Origin: Chiloscyllium plagiosum
Lineage: Eukaryota
Length of the DNA stretch: 64,000 nucleotides
Assembly: GCF_004010195.1 (NCBI RefSeq)
Contig: NC_057718.1
Span: 22,860,952-22,924,951 of the forward strand
Direction: 5' to 3'
Of this stretch, positions 13,200-26,295 are shown one piece after another. The notes below the pieces were generated by a model, which was given only the letters and a program-made list of their open reading frames with translations, did no database searches and was not told the DNA's origin. The translations under genes and the position numbers were made by a program. The first letter of the stretch is position 1. Every line of letters starts with the position of its first letter.

Positions 13200-13700
13200 A
13201 TGATTCCAGCATAAATGGGAGCTGTACATAGGAAGCCTGTGGAATCCTCTTCACGCATGCTCTGAAAGAATTGTCGAGGATATTGAAATCTTCCCTTCCC
13301 TGGGCAATTCCCTTACACTTGGAAACCTTTGGAAGTCTCCATTTAAATTAGAGAATTCAAAGAATCTGGTGAAATTAAGGAAAATGGTTTCTCAGGAAAT
13401 GTTACATCACTAAATACATAGTCTAACTCCTGGTCAACTGATCTTCAACTGATTTTATACTTAGCTCACATATATCTAACCATATCTAAACCACCCCAAA
13501 CCCTGACCTGACAACCTCTTAGGACCTGATTCCCAATACTCTGGTCCTCCCTCAACCTCTCTACACCGGGTGCCAGATTTAACACAGCCCTCTTTGCCCC
13601 AGACACCCCTTCCCTTGTGCTGGACCCTACTCTACCCACCTTCCCATGGCTTCCGTACGCAACCAAACCCATCTCATGCCCTCACACCTCATCGGTTCTA
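13200..13700. repeat. Unclassified decayed interspersed repeat, with an inverted homologue near 21990-22510
   Basis: Reverse complement of 13380-13440 (ccaggagttagact...taacatttcctg) resembles 22247-22290 (ccaggaattaggct...taacatttcctg). Confidence 0.45.
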
Positions 13701-15750
13701 AGGTAAAAAAGGCATGTTTTACCTTCCCTGTCAATTCTGTACCAGGAAAGAATTGTCAGAATGGGAGTACGGCTTCACATTTCTGATGAATGCAGACTGG
13801 AATCCCCTCCCAGAAATACAGAGCTCCCTCAAACTGCACAAGATTGCTGCTCCTCAGGATGTCCAGCCACATGGCGAGGAACTAGCCAAATTTGGTGGTG
13901 TTCTGTGTGTTGCTAACGTATTCCCACATCCTGCCACAGAGCAGGACATTGGCTTGTGGACATGCTTTCTCATTTAGACAATTACTAACCAAGATCAAGT
14001 TGTCAGAGAAAGCTGTATAATTATATTGTCTTCTCCAATTCCCTGATAGAAAATTATTTCATGGAGTTCCATAAAGCACTGTACAAAGTAAAATGGGATT
14101 AATAACATACATATCATATTATGCAGTGATTTTTTGGATAGAATCAGCTGTGTTCTGTCCGTACTCAGTGTCCAATAGTGCATTACTATATTCTGTGTAT
14201 ATTATATCCTATATTGTATATATTTAAACATAATGAAAGCTGTGGCATGTACATGTTGGGGGATGATTGATTGTAAGTGTCTTTCATTACCATCTATAGA
14301 AATCCTGTGTATTTGGATTCTGATGTTTTTTTAGAAGTTGAAGTATAATTTTGAGTTTGAACAATTGCATTTGTGTCCCTGCTTTGATCACTCTGGAGGG
14401 GAACAGGAAATGAATCAATGAACTTCAGCAACTTTGTTCCTGTGGATGCACTTGATTCCTTACAGTTATCTTTGTTCTACTGCCAAGCAAATCTCGAGGT
14501 CCACTGGACCAGTATAAGTACTTCTGCAAAGAATTTCAGTAGATTTCAGAGGGATTGCTTATTGAGTTTGTGCCATGCTAAGATTTCATTACAGCTTTTG
14601 CATTCTTCAATTGAACATCTAAAGTTGGTCTTCCCAAACAGCAGAACCCTCAATAGGGTCACCAACCACAATTTACCCCTGTCCTTGCATCTGTTCATCT
14701 CTGGGTGTTGAATCAGCAATGACCACTCCTGAAATTCACTTTATACAGTTTGAGAGCTATTGATTTTTGAGCTGATGTCTACATTGGTGGGCGAGACTAA
14801 TAATATATCCTCCTGATGCTCCCTTCTCTCTTCTCTATTTGCAGTTGGGACCTTGACTTATAGGGCCTGACAGGAAGAGGCAATGGATAGAGGTTAGGAG
14901 TTAATGGCATGCATACACGCTGGCAGGTGGGTAGCAACTCTGAACAGCAGCAGATTGTCAGGCAGAGTTTTCAAGGGAATTCAGTCTTAGGAAGATTGAA
15001 GAGAGGATGGCCAAACACCCTACGGAATGTTTCCTCCAGCCTTACCATCTGCCACACCTTCTCTGGGAAGGAATCCAATTTGAGAAATTATGAATGCTTC
15101 CTCAATGCGGCTAAACAATCCAGCTACCTCTCTGACTGAAGGCAGGAAGATGCTGTTTAATTAGCTGTTATACAGAGACTCATCTGTCAGTCCACATCAT
15201 GTGTTGGAGACAAAAGCATATTTTTCTTGCAACATTTTCTACTCAGTAACTGGGAGATGTAGCAAGATCATTTTAATTATGTGTGGGTGTTAAGGTTGGA
15301 GGGAACTTTGCTGAAAATTTTTATGCAAAAGTTGTGTGAATAAATGACAGCTAAATCACAGCAGCCACTTTTTTTTAACTTTGAAATCCTGAAAATGATG
15401 ACATGGAAACAAGCTGTCGAACCAAATTAGTTACTGTCACAAAAGTCTAGTTATATTGTTAAACCCTTTAAAGGCAGATTATCTTTCTTCACGAACAGTC
15501 CCCAGGTGCCTTACAAAATGACCCCAACACCGACAAGACCTCTTTGGTAGATTGACCTGCAGCCAAAAGCAGACAATGAGTTTGCATTATCTTAAGAGGC
15601 AACATCAAAAAAGCAACCACAAATGGCCAGTAAATAATTCAAGACGCCCAGCAACATCCATTGAACCCTCAAAAGGGTTCTGGAGCATTGACCAGGAGAT
15701 ATGAGGGACATCTGTGAATCCACCTGTGACAGTGACCTCCATCTATACAG

Positions 15751-16842
15751 GTGGCACAGTGGCTCAGTGGTTAGCACAGCTGCCTCATAGCACCAGGGAT
15801 CCGAGTTTGATTCCAGCCTCAATCAACTGTCTGTGTGGAGTTTACACATTTTCCCCATGTTTGCAAGGGTTTCCTCCATGTGCTCCAGTTTCGTCCCTCA
15901 GTCCAAATGACATGCAGGTTAGGTGGATTACATCGCACAGTACAGGCCCTTCGGCCTTCGATGTTGCACCAACCTGTGGAACTAATCTGAAGCCCATCTA
16001 TCCTACACTATTCCATTATCATCCATATGTTTATACAATGACCATTTAAAAGCCCTTAAAGTTGGTAAGTCTACTACTGTTGCAGGCAGGGTGTTCCATG
16101 CCCTTACTACTCTCTGAGTAAAGAATTTACCTCTGACATCTTTCCTATGCCTACCACCTCTCAATTTAAAGTGATGTCCCCTCATGCTAGCCATCACCAT
16201 CTGAGGAAAAAGGCTTTCATTGTCCACCCTACCTAATCCTCTGATCATGTATGTACCTATTCAGTCACCTCTCAACCTTCTTCTCTCTGATGGAAACAGC
16301 CTCAAGTCCCTCAGCCTTTCCTCATAAGATCTTCCCTCCTTACTGGGCAACATCCTGGTAAAGCTCCTATGCACCCTTTCCAATGCTTCTACATCCTTCC
16401 TATAATGCAGCGACCAGAACTGTACGCAATGCTCCAAATGTGGCCACACCAGAGTTTTGTACAGCTGCAACATGACCTCATGGCACTGAAACTCAATCTG
16501 TCTACCAATAAAAACTAACACACTCTATGCCTTCTTAACAACCTATCAATCTGGGTAGCAGCTTTCAGCGATTTATGCATGTAAACACCGAGATCTCTCT
16601 GCTCATCCACACTACCAAGAATCTTACCATTAAACCAGTACTCTGTATTACACCATGCAAAATTGCCCATAGTGTCCAGGGATGTGCAGGCTAGGGGGGT
16701 TGACCATGGGAAATGTAGGGTTACAGGGATAGGTTAGAGGGGAGGTGTTGAGAGGGTGGGAAGCTCTTCAGAAGGTTGATGTGGACTCCATGGGCTGAAT
16801 ACCTGCTTCCACACTGGAGGGAGTCTATGATGATTCTATTCT
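15751..16842 (+). mobile_element. HE1-related SINE split by a CR1 insertion
   Basis: Head at 15751-15930. Core resumes at 16653 (ccatgcaaaattgcccatag) and ends in a ttcta tail. Confidence 0.85.
15933..16646 (-). mobile_element. CR1 LINE ORF2 3' fragment
   Basis: ORFs 16261-16521 (LYKTLVWPHLEHCVQFWS...ALERVHRSFTRM) and 16003-16248 (FFTQRVVRAWNTLP). Confidence 0.92.
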
Positions 16843-17531
16843 ACGAAACCATCACAGTTGCTGAATCTAATTTCAAGTTTTCAGCCCTTTCACTTTAAAA
16901 AGAAGATCTTCAAACAAGCCAGACCAGCGGTGATAATGGAGACTGATTAATTTTCATCTACATTCATAATTTTTAACTTGTTTACTTCTAATCTTTATAA
17001 CGGTACTTTAGCTAATAACTTTATCAGTTTTTACTAAAATAACTTCTAGAAAAAACGGTGTAATAAATTCGCTTTTCACCTTGTTTAAAACATAATGCTG
17101 TTCTGTTGTTATTTTTAATTTGAAACATTAGAGAACTAAAAGGGGGCTACATAAAAGCTTTCACAGATTCTCAGTTAATAAGCTAGTCTAAGGACATGCC
17201 AAGTGTGATTGTGGCAGTTACGGTATCCCTTCTACATAAACAGTTGTCCTAATCCTGAGCTTCAATGTTCTTCGCACATCTCCTCATTTCCCTTTCTCTT
17301 CCACCACAGTTTTAATCTATTCTTAAATATGAGTGTAATCTCAGTTTCATTCATTTAAATTCTATGAGTGAATTCCACAGCCCCAAGACCCTTTGTGTTG
17401 AAACATTTTCTGTTGTTCTGTTTTCTGTCTCTAACATGCAGTTTTATTTCCCTGCCTCCCCATTTCTAAATACTTCAGTCACTGGGAAAAGGGAGAGCTG
17501 AACCTTTGTTCTGGAGCTGCTGCTCATTTGT

Positions 17532-17839
17532 GGGTGGCACAGTGGCACAGTGGTTAGCACTGCTGCCTCACAGCGCCAGAGACCCGGGTTCAATTCCCAC
17601 CTCAGGCGACTGACTGTGTGGAGTTTGCACATTCTCCCCGTGTCTGCGTGGGTCCCCTCCGGGTGCTCCGGTTTCCTCCCACAGTCCAAAGATGTGCTGG
17701 TCAGGTGAATTGGCCATGCTAAATTGCCCGTAGTGTTAGGTAAAGGGGGTATGGGTGGGTTGCGCTTCGGTGGGGCGGTGTGGACTTGTTGGGCCGAAGG
17801 GCCTGTTTCCACACTGTAAGTAATCTAATCTAATCTAAT
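17532..17839 (+). mobile_element. Young HE1-type SINE
   Basis: CpG-rich full-length copy with intact A/B boxes and (taatc)n tail. Confidence 0.94.
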
Positions 17840-18619
17840 TTCCAGATACAGATCCCATGTCATGCTGGCAGATATTTAGTGGCTGCGGTCTGCATTCCCC
17901 TTGAAAATAAGAGCGGACTATGGTCTCCAAAGACTGGAGGGCTAACAGAAGCTGTCCAACAGTGACACATCGACAGTCCCACTCTGTGAGTGGTGAGCGA
18001 GGTAGGAGAGAAAGAGAGTAGGCACTTAACAACCTTACAACATAAAGAGACCAGAGCTTCCATGCAGTCATCCTTCAAACATATGTCTCTCAAGGGCAGG
18101 CTGTGACCACAGCTATGGATATCTAGCACAGATGGTACCATGGAGGAGTGTGGGAGGCAATTAAAATGATAAATGGAGGAAAGGAGCATACCCCCTCCCC
18201 CCAAGTCTATTGCCAGGAGCCTGCTTCAATTCATTGACCAGATATTACTGATGGAGAGGGGGCAGTGATAACGCTGACTGGGGAGTGACCTTAACAGGAC
18301 TTAAAGAGTCAATCAGCAGGTAGCTGTCTCCACCCCGATCTCCTGCCCAGTGAGCTTCAAACTATCCCGGGGGCATAAATGTGTTGGCAAATCACTGGTT
18401 CACCAGACAGCGCTGGCATCTTGAAGCCAGGCAACATCCACTGCCTTCCTCACAACTGTGTAAAGAATACAGGCCTTAATTGTGCTTCAATTTCCTTTCT
18501 CCTGACCTTTTTTAATTTAAAGCACTTATCAAATCAACCTGTAACAAAAAATTATACACATTTAACAAGAGATTATTTGTATTTCTGTATGCCAGGCAGT
18601 ACCTTAGTGAATCTGTGTA

Positions 18620-20439
18620 TGGCCATTTCTGAAGGGAGAAGACAGAGGGTGGCGGTGGTGGAGGGTTGCTTTTCAGACTGGAGGCCTGTGACCAGCGCTG
18701 TGCTACAAGGGTCAGTGCTGGGTCCACTGCTTTTTGTTATTTACATAAATGATTTGGATGTGAATATAGGAGATTATGTTAATGAGTTTGCAGATGACAC
18801 CAAAATTGAAGGTTTAATGGACAGTGAAAAAGGTTACCTCATCTGCCAAGGAGTGGTAGATGGAGTTTAATTTAGATGAGTGTGAAGTGCTACATTTTGG
18901 AAAGGCAAATCAACCTGTAACCTAACTTATGCACTTAATGGTATTGTCCTGGGGAGTGTTGCTGAACAAAGAGACCTTGGTGTGCAGCTTCATAGTTGCT
19001 TGAAAGTGGATTGACAGGTAGATAGGATAGTGTGGTTTGGTATGCTTTCCTTTATTGGTCAGGGCTCTAAGTATTGGAGTTGGGAGGTCATGTTGCGACT
19101 GTAAATGTGAGGTGATGCACTTTGGGAAGAATAACAGGAAGGCAGAGTACTAGGTCGATGGAAAGATTCTTGGTAGTGTGGATGTGCAGAGGGATCTTGG
19201 AGTCCATGTACATAGATCCTGAAAGTTGCCACCCAGATTGATAGTGCTGTTAAGAAGGCATACGGTGTATTAGGTTTCATTCGTAGAGGGATTGAGTTCC
19301 GGAACTGCAATATCATGCTGTATCTATACAAAATGCTGGTGTAGCCACACTTGGAATATTCTGTACAGTTCTGGTCCCCATATTTCGGGAATGATGTGGA
19401 AGCATTGGAAAAGGTGCAGAGGAGATTTACCAGGATGTTGCCTGTTCTGGAGGGAAGGTTTTATGAGGAAAGGCTGAGAGACTTGGGTCTGTTCTCATTG
19501 GCAAGAAGAAGGCTAAGAGGGGATTTGATAGAGACATACAGATGACCAGAGGATTAGATAGGGCAGACAGTGAAAGTCTTTTTCCTAGGATGATGACGTC
19601 AGTGTGTACGAGGGGGCATAACTATAAATTGAGGGGTGATAGACATAAGACAGATATCAGAGGCAGGTTCTTTATGTAGAGAGTGGTACGGGCGTGGAAT
19701 GCCCTACCTGCCAATGTAGTCAACTCAGCCACATTAGGGAGATTTAAACAATCTTTAGATAAACACATGGATGATTTTGGAATAGTGTAGGGGGACGAGC
19801 TGAGAATAGTTCACAGGTCAGCACAACATCGAGGGCGGAAGGGCCTGTTCTGCATTGTATTGTTCTATGTTCTATGTTCTATGACATTGGCTAAGCCACT
19901 TCTGGAAGATTGTGTTCAGTCCTGATTGCTCTGCTATAGGAAGGATATTTTGAAACTTGAAAAGGTTCAGAAAAGACTTACAAGGACGCAGACAGGGTTG
20001 GAGGACTTGAGCTATAGGGAGAGGCTGAATAGGCTGGGGTTATTTTCCCGGGAGCAATGGAAGCTGAGGGGTGACCTTATAGAAGTTTATAAAATCATGA
20101 GGGTCATGGATAGCCAAGGTTTTTTTCCTGGAGTGGGGAAGTCTAAAATTGGAGGTCATAGTTTTAAAGTGAAAGGGGATAGATATAAAAAGAGACCCAA
20201 GGGTGACATTTTCATGCAGAGGGTAGTGCGTGTATGGAATGAGCTGCCAGAGGAAGTGGTGGAGGCTGATACAATTACAACATTTAAAAGGGGACTGGAT
20301 GGGTATATGAATAGGATGGTTTTAGAGGGATGTGGGTCAGATGCTGACAAATGGGTCTAGATTTATTTAGGATATCTGGTCAGCATGGATGAGTTGGACT
20401 GAAGGGTCTGTTTCTGTGCTGTACATCTCTATGACTCTA
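18620..20439 (+). mobile_element. CR1/HER1 LINE RT and 3' end (outer element)
   Basis: QGSVLGPLLFVIYINDLD...FADDTK, then LEKVQKRLTR...RVVRVWNELP. Ends ctctatgactcta. Confidence 0.93.
19105..19881 (+). mobile_element. Nested CR1 of another family
   Basis: Second copy of the ORF2 C-terminus (EYSVQFWSP...[12 protein letters not shown]) with its own (ttctatg)n tail. Same family as 15933-16646. Confidence 0.9.
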
Positions 20440-23400
20440 AATGAAAGGCACAGCCGACAGTGCATTTTTATCTGGCTTCATAGTTTGAGGTATATTTGGC
20501 TTCTCGACAAAGTTCTGAGTTTGAAGGGAATGTTATAGATGTCATTTTTTATCAAACCTGTTTAGACTTAAAAGTGTTTTTAATACTTTTGTTTAAATGG
20601 CTGCCATCCCATTTTGTTTTTTTTTCATTTCGCATGTCTTGGCTGTCACCTCCCTCTCAGACCCACAATGTAGGGCTAAGGAAGAAAATGAGCACTTGGT
20701 TAATCCTGATGAATTATATTTGCAACGGTCCAGCAGTGTTGAATAACAGGAAGAAAAGGCAATAATGGAAAGTATTCTTTCAATGAAAAAAGCTTCAAGT
20801 GCTGTTGTCTTTCATTCCTGTGCCACACAATATTAGCTGACTCCTCTGGGGTGCTTTGCTATAAACTGTTTCTGAAGATTTAATAGCTCATCATTATCCA
20901 TCAGCTGCAGGCAGCCATTAATGGCGCTGTTATAAGTGGCATTTTCTGCTGAACAATGGGGGTTTGGAAGGATTACCACTGCTGGAGATGGGGAAATGAA
21001 TTCAGTCTTGCCTTAGATGACAGTGTTCAATGATGAAGAATAAAGCACATTACTAACTAGCAATAATAAAACCTCTACTAAGCAATTAAACCTGAACATC
21101 AATCTGTTAAGAAAGTTTGATCTGAATTGAATGGGGGAGAATAAAACTGTTGGCCTCAAAAGTAGGACCAGGGATCACAACCTTGGATTAAACTGTGTCC
21201 ATTGTATCCACAGCAAGGATCATGACTGCCAATTAACAGGTACGCTTCATGTAGCTGGTGCTAATGGCATTATTAATCCGGCTGCAAGCCATAGGCTGAG
21301 GCTGCAAATCCTGAGAAGCTGGCATTGGTTAAAGCTAGCCTGCACTACTGAAAGGGGAGGCACATTAATCACACTATCATAGAGCTGTTACTTTGCAGAA
21401 GAAGGCCATTCGGTCCACTGTGCCTGTCCCAACTTGTTAAATGAGCATCATTGCTCTGTAGAAATCTTCTGATTTTCCCCCATACCCTTGCACATTATAT
21501 TTGTTGCAATAATTGTCCAATGCCGTTGTCAATGTTTCACTTGGCTGATGACAGATTTCAGTGAGGAGTTCCTCAGTGATCACACACATTAACCTGAATC
21601 TTCTAGGAGCAGCAATCACTGTCAGATTGTTACTCCCCCTCCTAGAGTTTTCAACCATAACTGGAATCTACTAGGTCTTCCAAAACTGACTACTTCCGAA
21701 AAGTGATGTGTACCTGACATTGGAATCTTGCTTTCTTCATAGTGGAGGATCATGGGTGAAAGCTAAGACATTCCTGCTTTTTATGGCACTGGGTGCTGTA
21801 GTTTGGTAAAGTTTCATTCACAGGCACCCACAAAAGACACAAAAAATGTGAACAGCTTATCAGTGAGCTAGTAAAGTGGGTATGAATGAGGGCAGGCTGG
21901 ACAGTGGTAGAGTCACTTGATGCCAAATGGACAGGGTGACAGGATGGATGTTGTACCAGGCTTGTAGATTAATAAGGTTGTCTTGAGGTGGGATGGGGCT
22001 TATTAAGACCAGCATCATGGAAGTGTCACGGGTGTTCAGGGAGTGGTAGAACATTGGGGGAATGCTTGATGGGTTAGAGGGGATGGAGAATCAGATAGAG
22101 CAGTTGCACAGTCGGGAGCATGGAGTGATGAGGGGTTCAGTGGTGATTCAGAGGGTCAGGCGGGAGTAAGAGGGTTAGGGAAGGCAAGTGGAGGGTCAGG
22201 TGAGTCAATGGGGGAGATCAGTAGAGACTGTCAATTGTACAGTGAGCCAGGAATTAGGCTTGGTTTTAATCTGTCTAACATTTCCTGGATAAGTATCGAG
22301 ATAAGTAAGTCAGATCTCTTTCAAATATCCAACTCCAACTCATAGCTAGAGACATTACACAGGATCTCAGAGAGATAAAGAATTGCCCAGCGGAAGTTTA
22401 AACTTCCCAGACAGATCCCATGGAGTCAGTGCACCAAGGCTTCTGAGGATGTCAGATGAGCTTCTTTGGAGACATGTCTTATCTCCAGCTACTAGGAGAT
22501 TGAAAGTTTTGACCCAAGCCCCTGTTGAGCATCAGGTAGGAAAATTGCTCCATTGGCTCTGTATTCAGAAATGGTCACTTCCTGCTTCCGGTAGTGTATC
22601 CTGCTTTGTGTTACCTCTGTTCATTCTCCCTGTCATGTTGTATTTTGGAGGGTTCGCCTATGACTGGACACATATTTGGGGCAATCATTTCGTGAGGATG
22701 ACTTGAAGTCATCAAAAAAGCCCTGCAACCCCTGTTTTCAATTTCGCTGTAATCTTGCAAATGTTTAAAGAACACTAGAAAACCACCAAACTCGAGTAAT
22801 TATTGTCTAATCAACCTGAGTGCCAGAGAGCAGGGATCAATCAGCAACTAATGTGCAAGTTATTAATGACTCCTTTAGTTAGACTGAGTTATGGGTGAGA
22901 TCCTTCCAGATGTTGAATAGCCATCCAGCTGCGTGAGATTGAGAGAGGTCATTAGATGTGAAGCTCCATGATGGCAGTACTAGTGTCATGATGATTGATG
23001 CCACAATCTGCCCAGTCTTCTGACCTACATTGAAATCTACCATCCTTGCGGCTCGATATGGGGTCTGGGGTGATTGACAATGGAGGTGTGGATGTGTCCT
23101 GCAGAAGCAGTTTTGGTTCTCTAAGGTCACTTGTAGTGCCCATAATGCTGCACATCAAAATGATTGTGGGTAATTGACTTGCTGTGCTTCCTTTGTGATG
23201 AGACTGTAGAAGCAGGGATTTACTTTGTCGCCTGAAGTAAGCCTTCAAGAAATTATTTCACTGCGAGACTCAACAATAACTGCATAAAGTTGCTGCTGGG
23301 ACTTAAGTACCAAATCTGTTGAGATGAAAGACAGCTGTCTTTATTGCTCAGGGAAAAATAGGAAACCAGCAGGAATATTACAAATCTAAAATGAAAGCAG

Positions 23401-23759
23401 TTCAACTGACAAGCTGTACATTTGCAAATTCCTTTATTGATGTCTTAATTTTTTTTATTTCTAAGTTATTTAATATTGATGGATTGACTAGAGTAGTGTT
23501 CGACGATAATTATATGATCACAATTCTCTATAATGTTATTGGCGCTATATTGACAATGATAATTATCCTCTGTAATATATTACGCTGATAGTATTGTCAT
23601 CTTGAAGGGATTGTATATCTTCAAAGGGATGAAATCCTTTCATGGCTATATCCTATCGTAGTAGAAACCTATTATTGAAAATGATACTCTACTCTTCCTG
23701 TCTACAACTTTTCCTTTATCCAAGTTACACATCAGACAGAAAAAAACACACACTTTCCA

Positions 23760-24045
23760 TAGTGGAGTTTTCCCTGGAACAGGTAACCAGCAATGCTCTT
23801 CCAATGGATCAGCCATTACCAGAGAGATGAGGAAGAACTTCCTCTTACAGAGGGCAGTGAACCTACGGAATTCTTTACTGCAGAGGACTGTTGAGGTTAG
23901 GTCATTAAATAAATGTAAGACTGAGATAGATAGATAGATAGATAGACTAGAGTTGAAGATTATCAGATCAGCCACAATTTCATTGAATATTGGGGTAATT
24001 TTGATGGGCTGAATGGTCTACTTCTGCTCCTATGTCTTGTGGTCT
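23760..24045 (+). mobile_element. CR1 3' fragment containing a (GATA)n run
   Basis: gaggaagaacttcctcttacagagggcagtgaacc...gggctgaatggtctacttctgctcctatg. (GATA)n at about 23924-23944. Confidence 0.75.
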
Positions 24046-25862
24046 AAGCATGGTTGACCGGAGATGGTCCCACTTTTACCACCAGCCATAGGTATCTCAG
24101 AAGAAATTAGAGGTTGATAATCAAGCTGTTTGGCCATCTTATAAGAACTAGGAGCAGGAGGGGCATTTCAGCCCCACGAGTCTTGCTGAATGCTTCTTCT
24201 GTGACCATCATGCCTGGAGCTGCAGTTCACCCGAGAGACTCTGGCTCAAAGGTGGAGATGCTACTAATTGTGCCACAAGATGTCCTTCCCTTTCTATGCA
24301 CACTGACTCATCCATTGGCCTTTTTATGTTCCATTTGTTCAGTTGTTTAGTTTCTAGTACGAATGCATAAAAATTGTGCAGTAGTTAGTTATTATAAATC
24401 AGTGAAGTAACTGATGATTTAACCAGCTGTAAGCAGATCAATCAGAGAAATGAGGCTGCGATGGAGACGGACAGAGAAGTAACACCCTGTACTAGACTGT
24501 ATACAGAGAAGGTATTACACTGAAGGTATACAGTGTAAACAAAGGGTTGGAGTTACTTTACCATCCCTAAATCCAGGTTAATTTTAGAGAACAGTTAAGG
24601 AGAACCAATTGGTTCAACATGAGGGGGACTGGGTCAAATCAAGCTTTCTATTAAGATCTACATTCCATGACTACTGGTTTTCCAGATTAAAATTGACAGC
24701 CTTTCTCCTGTTTCTGGCAGATGGGCTTATCACCATTTTCTGGAAATTCCAGCAGCTGGGATTTGGGTGGCAACCAACATTTGAGGTGGTCTGACTGAGA
24801 CAGGGAAAAGAAATTTCACTTTAATAGAGAGCTGCGGTTCTCAATTGTTCGGATTCATTGAAGGTAGAGATTGATAATTTGTTTTGGAAACTGGAGGAAT
24901 TGAGCTAAATGCGGTTAGTGTAGAAAAGTGGAGTTTAGGTTAAATATCAGCCTTGATCAAATTGCATTGCAGAGCAGGCTGGATCAGTGGGAAGGTATGC
25001 ACTAATTTCTCAAGTTGGATTGATTTGAAAGTGAACTGTTTTCTTGACTGTAAGGTGATTACAGCTGTCACTTGCTTATTGAGAAGTTATATAACAATAT
25101 GTATATGCATGTTTTAGAATCATCCTTCATAAATCCTATGATTAAAGACAATGATGGCCCACATCTTGCTCACCCTGTCCACATATAGTAAGGAGGCTTC
25201 AAAGCTGAATGACTAAAATCAAGTTAATTATTAGGCTTTGAATTATTAATAGAATTAGACTTATCTGCAATGAAGAAAAGCAGATTAAAGGGATCATAAA
25301 TTTAATCTTGGAAACATTAAGTGGCAACAGAACATGCTGCTTGAGCAAAGAATTCATGAAATCTTTTGATACATTTGAGACTGCTAAGAAAAGAGATAAA
25401 TATTCATAGAATAATGGATATATAAACCAGACTGTTGATTAAAGTGTCTAAAAATCAGTTCAATAAATTATGCTTTTAAGGCAGAATTGATGGAGATAAC
25501 AGCAATTTTGGATAAAGACGATAAAACATTATATTGAACATGAATGTCTTGTCAGTTGTTAGTACCATGTATATATCCTAACATGGACTACAACTTTATA
25601 TTAGGAGATAAGAAAGCTCATGGGTAGAGTGGAAATTTCCTTTGCTTGTGACATGACAAGGATATTGTAAGCATAGTAGGAAGACTTCCTTTGTTTGCTA
25701 TTTCTAACAAAAGGGATCTCAGTCCTTTACATAAAATTTGTGATTTAGTTAGAATAATTAGCTGAGGAAGGAGAAAGTGAGGTCTGCAGATGCTGGAGAT
25801 CAAAGTTGAAACTTTATTGCTGGAACAGCACAGCAGGTCAGGCAACATCCAGGGAACAGGAG

Positions 25863-25898
25863 ATTCGACGTTTCGGGCACAGGCCCTTCTTCAGGAAT
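25863..25898 (-). ncRNA. Minimal type I hammerhead ribozyme motif (mirror copy)
   Basis: Exact reverse complement of 25904-25939. Confidence 0.8.
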
Positions 25899-25903
25899 GG
25901 GCC

Positions 25904-25939
25904 ATTCCTGAAGAAGGGCCTGTGCCCGAAACGTCGAAT
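25904..25939 (+). ncRNA. Minimal type I hammerhead ribozyme motif (intact core)
   Basis: AUUC-CUGAAGA-A-GGGC-CUGU-GCCC-GAAA-C-GUC/GAAU. Stem I AUUC:GAAU, stem II GGGC:GCCC, palindromic loopless stem III ACGU, GUC triplet. Confidence 0.8.
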
Positions 25940-26295
25940 CTCCTGTTCCCTGGATGCTGCCTGACCTGCTGTGCTGTTCCAGCAATAAAGTTTCAACTAA
26001 TTAGCTGAGGAAGCCTTCCCATTTTCAATGATATTGATACGTCACAGTGCTTCTTGGCATTATTTCAGAAAAGTGATGCACTTTGTCAGTTTTCCATTTG
26101 CTTTCATCAGGACAGGTCAAAAGTAGGGAAGTAATACAAAACAGCATTTTTAATAGATGAGAGGAGAGTACTGATTGCTTGGCAAATGGACTGATGATAT
26201 TCTGTTGTGCGATGTTAATAATTTGTACATTTGTCTGAAACTTCACCCTTTCCACTTTTGTTGAAGTATCTTTTTTTTAAATAAACGACATCATC

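Larger units (their letters stand above)
25771..25997. mobile_element. Young palindromic PLE-terminus insertion (family A) with 16-bp TSD
   Basis: Arms 25804-25900 and 25902-25998 are reverse complements with one mismatch. TSD taattagctgaggaag at 25755-25770 and 25998-26013. Confidence 0.95.

Noticed and set aside
14820-14930. Strong splice-acceptor-like tract (similar ones near 43037 and 48231)
   Set aside because: No convincing open exon or recognisable protein follows, and such tracts are common by chance.
17532-17610. tRNA genes
   Set aside because: A/B boxes belong to SINE heads and run directly into the SINE core and tail.
18379-18870. 163-aa ORF as a functional reverse transcriptase
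   Set aside because: Only a short CR1 RT piece fused to unrelated upstream sequence and followed by stops and a nested insertion.
25790-26008. Mirror-image ORFs on both strands
   Set aside because: A direct consequence of the DNA palindrome.
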